Of a DNA stretch of 64,000 bases, positions 49,675 to 57,392 are shown piece after piece. Position 1 is the stretch's first letter; the number at the start of each line of letters is the position of its first letter. This stretch comes from Candidatus Levyibacteriota bacterium (lineage in GTDB: Bacteria; Patescibacteriota; Microgenomatia; Levybacterales; UBA12049), in NCBI GenBank assembly GCA_027459745.1, contig DAIDHL010000003.1, forward strand, positions 129,125-193,124, read 5' to 3'. The notes below the pieces were generated by a model. The model was not told the DNA's origin and ran no database searches. It worked only from the letters and a program-made list of their open reading frames with translations. The translations under genes and the position numbers were made by a program.

Positions 49675-51330
49675 ATGAATGAACAACTTTTAAATGAACT
49701 AAAATCAATTATTAAAGGCGAAGTCCACACCGATGACGATACACTCGTCGAATACAGCCATTGTGCCTCTCTTTTTGAAATCAAACCCAAAGTAGTGGTT
49801 TTCCCTCGTGATGAAGAAGATGTAAAAAACTTGGTCAAATTTGTGGATAAATATAAAACGGAACATTCGGAACTATCTTTGACAGCCCGTTCGGCTGGAA
49901 CTGATATGGGTGGGGGGCCACTCAGTGAATCAATCGTAGTCGGATTTCAGAAGTTCTTTAATCATCTACCCACGGTAGTTGAGCAAACAGCTACTACTCA
50001 ACCCGGAGTTTTTTATCGCGATTTTGAAAAAGAAACACTCAAGCATGGTTTGATTTTCCCTTCTTATCCAGCATCGCGTGAACTCTGTGCCATGGGTGGC
50101 ATAGTCAACAATAATTCCGGTGGAGAAAAATCCTTACAATACGGCAAAACAGAAAGATATGTAGAAAGTCTGCAAGTTGTTTTATCCGATGGCAACCAAT
50201 ATGAATTCAAACCCTTAAATGAAGAAGAATTAAATAAAAAAATGGCCCAAAATGATTTCGAAGGAGAATTGTACAAAAAAATGTTTAATTTAATCAATGA
50301 TAATTATGACTTGTTACAGCAACATAAACCTAAAGTTTCTAAAAATTCTGCAGGATACTATTTGTGGAATGTTTATGATCGTGAGAAAAAAGTGTTCGAT
50401 CTATCCAAATTATTTGTCGGAGCACAAGGAACTTTGGGATTTTTGACCAGTGCGAACATAAAACTTGTTCCCGTCAAAAAGCATGCTGAGATGATGATTT
50501 TGTTTTTACACAACATCGATCATTTAGGAGAAATTATTAATCTGGTGTTGCCTTTGCAGCCAGATACATTTGAAACTTATGATGATAATACTCTTAAGCT
50601 TGCTCTCAAATTTTTCCCCGAATTTGCTAAATTCCTGGGAACCAAGGGTATTATTCAAACTGGTTTACAGTTTATTCCAGAATTTATGATGGTCTTGACC
50701 GGCGGCTTGCCCAAATTAATTTTGCAGATTGATTTCCAGTCTGATGATCGTGCACAACTGGACAAAGACATTGCGCAGTTAAAAGAAAAATTAAAACCTT
50801 TACATCCTGAAACTCGTATTGCCCACAATGAAGATCAGGAAAAGAAATATTGGATGATCAGACGTGAAAGTTTCAATTTGTTACGCAATAAAGTCAAAGA
50901 TATGCACACTGCTCCTTTTATCGATGATTTTGCTGTCGAGCCGAAATATCTGTCTGAATTTTTGCCTAAATTAAATGCCATTTTTGTCAAATATCCCAAA
51001 TTAATCTATACGGTTGCAGGTCATGTTGGAGATGGTAATTTCCACATCATTCCTTTGATGAAAATTGAAGATCCCAAACAGCGCGAAATCATCCCGGTAT
51101 TAGGCAAAGAGGTTTATGACCTGGTGTTGCAATATCATGGAACTATTACCGCCGAACACAATGACGGGATTATCAGAACTCCCTATCTGAAACAAATGTA
51201 TGGTGAAGAAGTATATAAATTATTTGAGCAAACGAAGCAGATTTTTGATCCGCAGAATATATTTAACCCCGGTAAAAAAGTGGGAGGAACTATGGATTAT
51301 GCCATGTCTCACATCCGCCAAAGCTGGTAA
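49675..51330 (+). CDS. FAD-linked oxidase (GlcD / D-lactate dehydrogenase family: FAD_binding_4 plus FAD-oxidase C domain)
   Basis: The ORF track starts at a GTG at 49633 that lies inside repeat B2. The first ATG is 49675 (MNEQLL...), taken as the start. PCMH-type FAD-binding domain (PRDEEDVKNLVKFV ... ARSAGTDMGGGPL). Confidence 0.75.
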   Translation: MNEQLLNELKSIIKGEVHTDDDTLVEYSHCASLFEIKPKVVVFPRDEEDVKNLVKFVDKYKTEHSELSLTARSAGTDMGGGPLSESIVVGFQKFFNHLPTVVEQTATTQPGVFYRDFEKETLKHGLIFPSYPASRELCAMGGIVNNNSGGEKSLQYGKTERYVESLQVVLSDGNQYEFKPLNEEELNKKMAQNDFEGELYKKMFNLINDNYDLLQQHKPKVSKNSAGYYLWNVYDREKKVFDLSKLFVGAQGTLGFLTSANIKLVPVKKHAEMMILFLHNIDHLGEIINLVLPLQPDTFETYDDNTLKLALKFFPEFAKFLGTKGIIQTGLQFIPEFMMVLTGGLPKLILQIDFQSDDRAQLDKDIAQLKEKLKPLHPETRIAHNEDQEKKYWMIRRESFNLLRNKVKDMHTAPFIDDFAVEPKYLSEFLPKLNAIFVKYPKLIYTVAGHVGDGNFHIIPLMKIEDPKQREIIPVLGKEVYDLVLQYHGTITAEHNDGIIRTPYLKQMYGEEVYKLFEQTKQIFDPQNIFNPGKKVGGTMDYAMSHIRQSW

Positions 51331-51334
51331 AGGT

Positions 51335-51420
51335 AATTTAAAATTTAGAATTATTCCTGATTCTCTAAAATTTGATTCTGGAGTCACTACGTTCCGAATG
51401 ACTATGAAGTCTCGTCATTG
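51335..51420. repeat. Repeat family C, copy 2 (degenerate) 3' of the FAD-oxidase gene
   Basis: ttattcctgattctctaaaatttGATTCTGGAGTCACTACGttccgaatgactatgaagtc. Shares GATTCTGGAGTCACTACG with copy 3. Confidence 0.55.
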
Positions 51421-51437
51421 CAAGGGTTTGAAAAACC

Positions 51438-51495
51438 CAAAGCAATCTAGATTGCAACGTCGTTCGCTTCGCTCACTCCTAGCAATGACAATCTA
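51438..51495. repeat. Repeat family A, copy 2 (degenerate; left arm replaced by a gggtttgaaaaaccc mini-hairpin)
   Basis: aAGCAATCTAGATTGCaacgtcgttcgcttcgctcactcctagcaatgacaatcta. Confidence 0.6.
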
Positions 51496-51518
51496 AATTT
51501 TTAAAAAAGGCCAAGGAA

Positions 51519-51610
51519 CGTGTTTTTTTCGCAGTAAACCTAGTAGGGTTTAACAACCGGATAAGTTCAAACCAAGATAGTCCGACGGGTATACAAGAAA
51601 AAAAATATTC
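51519..51610 (+). repeat. Repeat family B, copy 3 (orphan: no downstream plus-strand gene; lies 3' of the convergent kinase/aldolase gene)
   Basis: tgtttttttcgcaGTAAACCTAGtAGGGtTtAACAACCGGATAAGTTCAAACCAAGATAGTCCGACGGGTatACAAGAAAAAAAAT. Confidence 0.8.
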
Positions 51611-51618
51611 TCGGCAAA

Positions 51619-53541
51619 TTATTTGTCAGTGAACACCTGATAATAGTGGAAGAAATTTGTGGAGATTTTTTCAATTGTTTCTTCTCTACTCGCTTTTTTA
51701 TTATAGAAATCTGAGATCGCATCCCAAAAAATTGTTCTTCCCACGGCAAACCCAATCACTCCCGGCACTTGCGAACCTAATTTAATCCAGTTATCCACTG
51801 TAGCATCATCCGCCCCTCTTCCTAATACCACAATCCCCACACCTTGCCTCTCATCAATCTGCGCTTGATGCACACAATTTTTATATGCTCCCTCTGATTC
51901 CATCCCTTCCAGCTTCCACACATCCGGCTCTACGCCGGCATCTTGTAATTCTTTGATCATTTGCACGGTCAAACCGGGACGAATTGTTTTATCATATTCT
52001 TTCTTATCCCCATTGGCTTTGGCTAACTGTTCCTCATTTGCCCCCACCAACACTTCTAACAAAAATTTATGTCCATGTTCATGACAATAATTGCTAATTT
52101 TTTTCAAAGTAACTTGTTGTCGTTGACGCGAATCGGCTGCATCGGCTGGATTATATTTAATTAATACTTTAGCAAATGTAGGTTTATACTTTTCAATATG
52201 TTCGGCAAAATGTTCTCCGTATTCAAAAGCAAATTCTTCCTGACCACTTTTTTCTACTGTCAAGATTGTGACAAAACCCTGCTGCTTGGCAGTCTTTAGT
52301 ACTTCATCGCCATATTCTTCGTCAACCAAAATACCGGCCATTTCTTTGGGAAGGCCTTTATTTATGGATGATTGGAAACCAGCAAAAATAATATTTTTGA
52401 AATCTCTAATTGCTTCTTTTTGTTCCTCTGTCATTTCCTCCATCTTCACATTAAACAAATGCTGAGCAAACGTATTGCGATGATCAAATGGCAAAATATA
52501 TAAATTTTTATCGTAACCGAGTTTTAATTTGGTCATAGAAAATCCACCCTCTGCTGCTTTTTTATCCGCTAATTTACTCACTATTTTATCTTGCGTTAAC
52601 AATCCAACTTGTGCGCCCACTTGACCGATCACAGATATGGCATTCTGTGTCCCCCATTCCATGGCATCATCTATCGAGCGATTCATTTGCCAAGCCGCTA
52701 AAAATCCGGCTGTATAGGCATCACCGGCACCTGTTTTCTCGACAATTTCTACTTCTGGCGTGAAATGATAATAAAAACTGCCTTCATCATCCCGGACATA
52801 TGAACCATGTACCCCATTAGTTATAACACAAACTTTAACTCCTAACTCCGCAAGTTTGTCCATTAATCCTTGAATATATTCTTTACTATCATTAGCTTGT
52901 TGTGGTTCTTGACCAAACAATAATTGCTCGGCTTCTTCTTTATTCACAAAAAGTATTTGTGTGCGCTTTAAAACTTCTTTGCTTAACTCCATGTCTTCAT
53001 GTAGTTGTAACGACCCAGGATTAAAAGCGAGAGGGATTTGTGTCTTATCAATAAAATCAATCGTTTGTTGATAAACTTTTTTCCATTCATTACCCAAACT
53101 CGTCAGAAAAATTAACTTGGCTTTTTTCATTTTGCTAAAGTTGAATGCATGTTCTCTCACTGGTCTATCAGTAAACAAAGTCCGATCTCCTTGATAATTC
53201 ATACCTACGGTTAAAGAAGAAGATTTAGTAGGAGTTTTAATCAATAAACTTTCATCTATTTGCTCTTTGTTTAATCCATCCAAAATCAAGCCAGATAAAC
53301 TATCATCGCCCAACTCAGCGGCTAGAGCTGTACTCACACCCAAACGACATAAACCAACGGCCACATTGGCTGCATTACCACCAACCGAAGTGGCACAATG
53401 ATCCACATCAATTTTCTCACCATATTTGAAGCAAAATTCACGTGTACCTGAATTCAAACGAATTTCTTTATTTTCAGGCAAAAAACTTAAAAAAATATCT
53501 ACTGTGGTATCACCTATAGTCACTACCTCAAACTCGGGCAT
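51619..53541 (-). CDS. Bifunctional PfkB-family sugar kinase fused to DUF2090 class-I-aldolase-like domain (IolC/IolJ-like kinase/aldolase fusion)
   Basis: 640 aa. PfkB signatures GGNAANVAVGL and GAGDAYTAGFLAAW in the N-terminal half. C-terminal roughly 300 aa has TIM-barrel aldolase-like character, as in the DUF2090 domain fused to the kinase in some IolC annotations. Confidence 0.6.
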   Translation of the reverse strand: MPEFEVVTIGDTTVDIFLSFLPENKEIRLNSGTREFCFKYGEKIDVDHCATSVGGNAANVAVGLCRLGVSTALAAELGDDSLSGLILDGLNKEQIDESLLIKTPTKSSSLTVGMNYQGDRTLFTDRPVREHAFNFSKMKKAKLIFLTSLGNEWKKVYQQTIDFIDKTQIPLAFNPGSLQLHEDMELSKEVLKRTQILFVNKEEAEQLLFGQEPQQANDSKEYIQGLMDKLAELGVKVCVITNGVHGSYVRDDEGSFYYHFTPEVEIVEKTGAGDAYTAGFLAAWQMNRSIDDAMEWGTQNAISVIGQVGAQVGLLTQDKIVSKLADKKAAEGGFSMTKLKLGYDKNLYILPFDHRNTFAQHLFNVKMEEMTEEQKEAIRDFKNIIFAGFQSSINKGLPKEMAGILVDEEYGDEVLKTAKQQGFVTILTVEKSGQEEFAFEYGEHFAEHIEKYKPTFAKVLIKYNPADAADSRQRQQVTLKKISNYCHEHGHKFLLEVLVGANEEQLAKANGDKKEYDKTIRPGLTVQMIKELQDAGVEPDVWKLEGMESEGAYKNCVHQAQIDERQGVGIVVLGRGADDATVDNWIKLGSQVPGVIGFAVGRTIFWDAISDFYNKKASREETIEKISTNFFHYYQVFTDK

Positions 53542-53586
53542 AGATTTATCATAAAGAATTTTTGCCGGTGCTACAAGTACTATCGT

Positions 53587-53660
53587 AATTGCGAGCGAAA
53601 TGAAATGTAACGAAGCAATCTAGATTGCTTCGTCGCTACGCTCCTCGCAATAACAATTAT
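53587..53660. repeat. Repeat family A, copy 3, inverted relative to copy 1; contains perfect 24-bp palindrome ACGAAGCAATCTAGATTGCTTCGT
   Basis: attgcgagcgaaatgaaatgtaACGAAGCAATCTAGATTGCTTCGTcgctacgctcctcgcaataacaattatcta. The reverse complement of copy 1's 60-bp hairpin part matches this copy at about 57 of 60 positions by my hand alignment. The 3' tail (caat[g/a]acaat[c/t]atcta) is in the same orientation in both. Confidence 0.75.
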
Positions 53661-53685
53661 CTATTTATCCTTTCCTCTGATAACT

Positions 53686-53785
53686 AGCGAGAAATATTTT
53701 TTAGCTGTAAACCTAGAAGGGTTTAACAACCAGATAAGATCAAACCAAGATAGTCCGACAGATGCACAAGAAAAAATTGTTTCAA
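53686..53785 (+). repeat. Repeat family B, copy 4, in the ndh leader
   Basis: gcgagaaatattttttagctGTAAACCTAGAAGGGtTtAACAACCaGATAAGaTCAAACCAAGATAGTCCGACaGaTGCACAAGAAAAAATT. ATG of ndh about 55 nt downstream. Confidence 0.8.
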
Positions 53786-53840
53786 GCAATAAAGCAGAGA
53801 TTGTATTACCGAGAGAATACTAGTAACATAATTAGAGTCA

Positions 53841-55058
53841 ATGGAAAACAAACTTAACATCGTGGTTCTTGGTGGTGGATTCGCAGGCGTAGCGGCTATC
53901 AAAGAATTACTCAAATACCAATCAGAAATTAAAGCTAACATTACTCTAGTCGATCGCAATAACTATCATCTATTTACTCCCTCCTTGTATGAGGTAGCCA
54001 CTTCAGAAGAACCCATGAAAAATATTGCCATACCCTTCGTAGAAATCTTTGGCCAAAAAATTAATTATTTAACTGGCAGCATTGAAAAAATTGATCAAGC
54101 TAATCATAGCATTCAAATTAATCAACAAACTATAAATTATGATTATTTAATTGTTTGTCTGGGCAGTGAACCAGCTTATTACCATATCCCTGGACTGCAA
54201 GAACATAGTTTGGCTCTCAAATCTTTACAGGAAGCCGTTGATATAAAAGAAAAAATTAAGTCAGCCTGTTGTAAAGAAAATGAATGCCACAAAAAAGCGC
54301 AGATCATCGTGGGAGGAGGCGGTTTTGCCGGCACTGAACTGGCAGCTGAATTACTTACTTATAAAGATCGTCTGGCCACACAAAATAAATTGGATAAAGA
54401 TTGTCTGGAAGTCACCATTATTCAAGGCTCAGATCGGCTATTAAAGGAGTTAGATAATCATGTTTCTGATCTGGCCAGTAAAAGACTAGCTACTCCCATG
54501 GTACATTTGGCTTTCGGTGGTCATATCAAAGAAGTAACTGACACAAATGTAGTGACTGATGATGGAAAAACTTATAATTATGACGTTTTATTGTGGACCG
54601 GCGGAGTGAAAGCTAATTCGTTAGTGGAAAAAAATGGTTTTGAGGTTAATAAACGTGGACAGATTAATGTTAACAATTTCCTGCAGACTAAAGATGCAAA
54701 AATCTTTGCGGCGGGAGATATTGCTGGATATATAGATACTAAAACCCAAAGTCCTGTCCCTAATGTTGCCCAAGTAGCCGAAGATCAAGGCAGGATTGCG
54801 GCCTTTAATGTTTACAATTTAATCACTAAGAAAACTTTATTGGAGTATAAATTTAGACATTGGGGCTATGTCGTACCACTAAAAGGTAGATTTGCAGCCG
54901 CAGAATTAGAAGGCAATTTACATTTTGATGGATTTTTAGGTTGGGTCTTACAACAACTCGTTTTTCTCTACTATTTATTAGGCATTGTTAGTATCTTGAA
55001 AGCCTTTAAAAGATGGGATGAAGTTCTGATGGATTATGATAAAAATATTTCCAATTAG
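53841..55058 (+). CDS. ndh: Type II NADH:quinone oxidoreductase (NDH-2)
   Basis: 405 aa. Two GxGxxG dinucleotide folds (VVLGGGFAGV, VGGGGFAGTELAAEL). NNYHLFTPSLYEVAT matches the NDH-2 quinone-site motif. C-terminal membrane-anchoring helix. Confidence 0.75.
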   Translation: MENKLNIVVLGGGFAGVAAIKELLKYQSEIKANITLVDRNNYHLFTPSLYEVATSEEPMKNIAIPFVEIFGQKINYLTGSIEKIDQANHSIQINQQTINYDYLIVCLGSEPAYYHIPGLQEHSLALKSLQEAVDIKEKIKSACCKENECHKKAQIIVGGGGFAGTELAAELLTYKDRLATQNKLDKDCLEVTIIQGSDRLLKELDNHVSDLASKRLATPMVHLAFGGHIKEVTDTNVVTDDGKTYNYDVLLWTGGVKANSLVEKNGFEVNKRGQINVNNFLQTKDAKIFAAGDIAGYIDTKTQSPVPNVAQVAEDQGRIAAFNVYNLITKKTLLEYKFRHWGYVVPLKGRFAAAELEGNLHFDGFLGWVLQQLVFLYYLLGIVSILKAFKRWDEVLMDYDKNISN

Positions 55059-55099
55059 AATTAATTCACGCTTCTAAAAAAATTTGTTTATTTTTAACC

Positions 55100-56782
55100 C
55101 TACCAACTCCCTCCTCCACCACCCCCACCGCCGCCACCAGAAAATCCTCCACTGCTAAAGCCTGATGAAGATGCAGGCGCGGCATATTGCACGCTATTCC
55201 GAAAAGAAGAGGCAAAGGCTGGATACATCAAATAGAAACTTCTGTTCCCAGTATAGAATGTTGGTTGATATTGTGGATTTAAGATCTGCAATTGCTGCAT
55301 AAATTTATCGATATAACCTAAAGAAATAGCATAAGGAATCATTTGTTCTACCACATAAACTTTATCGGCTTGCCATTGATATTCAGGCTTCATATTTTTC
55401 AGGAAAAGTTCTAGTCCTTTAATTTTCCAACTCTGTAAATCTCCTTCTGCTGTTCTATTGGTGAACTTACGAGCCATGATTATTAAAACTATCCCTAGCA
55501 CGAAATTTAAACTAATAAATGACAAAATAGCAAAGATTATAACGGGAATTTTATGTGGATCAGAAGATTTATTATACAAACCTTTATCAACTAACTGATT
55601 ATAATTTGTGGTCTGCAAATTATTAAATTGTGTATATGTAAGTTTTTCATCAGATAAATATACTTCACTTTTGTCTCCAAACATATCACTGGTCAAAGTC
55701 TTTTCAAAATCATTTAAATCAGCAAATGTTTTTAATTTAGTTAATTTATAATCGGTGCTTTTTCCCAAACCTAAAATCCCCCCCTTAGTATTAATTTCCT
55801 CAATTTTTAGATAATGTCTGACGCCTAAATCAAAAATTGTGGCTGATATACAATTACTATCAATTAATGGCTGATCAATTGTAGCGGCTTGAGCTGGAGA
55901 GATACGTGCTCCCGAAGAAGTTTTGGGCAGATCAAAATTCACGGTTACTGGCCCAAATCTTTTCTGATGTTTGGTCTTTCGATACCATACTATGGCTAGC
56001 ACTGATCCTAAAATATTTATTATTAACCAACCATAGAAAAGATAACTTAAAACTTTATACGAACCTGAATAATCTACGGGTTGGATTTGTTGAACTACAC
56101 TTTTGGGAAAAGTTCCCAGTGGAAAAGCAAGCGCAAAACTAAATCCTTCGTTGGGATTTAAAGGAACATTCGTACTAATTACTTTGGCATCAGTCGAGTC
56201 ACTAATTACACAATTAGTTGCTTTTGAACCATAAACACCTGTGTAACAAACCGAGTTTGAGGGTGTCAAACCAAGATCATTTTTGACATTTGCTGATGCT
56301 TCCATAATGGGCACACTCCAACCAGTACCCGTCACATTCCAGTAAAATTCATCATGATCGGCATAATTGCCAATTCCATTACTTACACTATAGGAAACAA
56401 CATAATCATGTGTACCCGTCATCGTATAACCTGGATTACCAATCTTGATTTCCAAGTTATTATCTGCAGTATTACTCACAGCATATTGTTCGGGCTGTCC
56501 ATCACGCAAAACCGAACCCACATTAATATTTAGTACACGATATAAATTATTTCCTAATGACGTATCTAGAGGTATATCTCTGGTTATGCCGTGGTGTTGT
56601 ACGTCACCAAAATCATATTGAATGTTTTCTGTAACATCAGTGGTTCCATCTTTATGTATGACAATGGTATCGTCGAAACTCTTGATACTTTCCGCAAAAA
56701 CACTTGTGGTAGAAGCTAAAGAAGATAAGCCTAGAAATAAACTCAGAAACAAAACAAATTTTAAGATCTTTTTTCTAATCAA
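55100..56782 (-). CDS. DUF2207-family membrane protein with Gly-rich C-terminal tail
   Basis: 560 aa. Signal peptide, large extracytoplasmic domain, TM helices, C-terminus FSSGGFSGGGGGGGGGGSW as in DUF2207. Confidence 0.55.
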   Translation of the reverse strand: MIRKKILKFVLFLSLFLGLSSLASTTSVFAESIKSFDDTIVIHKDGTTDVTENIQYDFGDVQHHGITRDIPLDTSLGNNLYRVLNINVGSVLRDGQPEQYAVSNTADNNLEIKIGNPGYTMTGTHDYVVSYSVSNGIGNYADHDEFYWNVTGTGWSVPIMEASANVKNDLGLTPSNSVCYTGVYGSKATNCVISDSTDAKVISTNVPLNPNEGFSFALAFPLGTFPKSVVQQIQPVDYSGSYKVLSYLFYGWLIINILGSVLAIVWYRKTKHQKRFGPVTVNFDLPKTSSGARISPAQAATIDQPLIDSNCISATIFDLGVRHYLKIEEINTKGGILGLGKSTDYKLTKLKTFADLNDFEKTLTSDMFGDKSEVYLSDEKLTYTQFNNLQTTNYNQLVDKGLYNKSSDPHKIPVIIFAILSFISLNFVLGIVLIIMARKFTNRTAEGDLQSWKIKGLELFLKNMKPEYQWQADKVYVVEQMIPYAISLGYIDKFMQQLQILNPQYQPTFYTGNRSFYLMYPAFASSFRNSVQYAAPASSSGFSSGGFSGGGGGGGGGGSW

Positions 56783-56828
56783 TTAACTTTATTATAGTGA
56801 ATAACGGAGAAATAGTTAATAAGGATAT

Positions 56829-57311
56829 TTAGTTATCTAAAAGACTACGCAGACTGACCATGATCCTTCCATTCTGCTGATAAATCACTTCAAATTCTCC
56901 ATGTTCCTTCTCAATCCTTTCAATATATTTTTTATTCTTATTATCTTTAAATATCTCTTCCAACGCATCTCTGGCGTGTTCAAAAATTAAAATTTCTATC
57001 GAAATATGTTCTGCTCTAGCTCTTTCATGCAAGTTCCTGACTATCAACTCATTCATGACAATCTTTTTCTCCAATTCATGAATATCAAAAATCTCGTTTG
57101 TACCCTTAAGCACGTAATAAATCTTAACCGGAACCATTATTTCATAAAAAGTATCCATATTGACTTTCATAAAGGGTATTTTAGCAAGAATTGTCAAAAT
57201 GACAAAGAGTAAATAAAAATCCAGGTACTTAATATTCTTTAAATACCCCTCTCCTTTTAGGAGAGGTCCTGGGTGAGGTTTGCTAAAATCTAAAAAATAC
57301 TTTAAAAACAA
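56829..57311 (-). CDS. Hypothetical membrane-anchored protein (possibly LemA-like partner of DUF2207)
   Basis: 160 aa, one TM then a charged helical domain. LemA assignment rests on context only. Confidence 0.35.
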   Translation of the reverse strand: MFLKYFLDFSKPHPGPLLKGEGYLKNIKYLDFYLLFVILTILAKIPFMKVNMDTFYEIMVPVKIYYVLKGTNEIFDIHELEKKIVMNELIVRNLHERARAEHISIEILIFEHARDALEEIFKDNKNKKYIERIEKEHGEFEVIYQQNGRIMVSLRSLLDN

Positions 57312-57392
57312 ACCTCATCCTATCCTTCTCCTAATAGGAGAAGGGATAATATGCAACAATTATTTGAAATTTATTATTTGATTTTTGGAATT

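Noticed and set aside
47481-53785. Possibility that the repeated elements are a CRISPR array
   Set aside because: Repeats are 60-100 nt, of three different families, irregularly spaced by whole genes rather than by 25-40 nt spacers. No cas genes in the window.
53723-53959. Minus-strand ORF overlapping repeat B4 and the ndh start
   Set aside because: It reads through the conserved B element and is antisense to the ndh N-terminus. Spurious.
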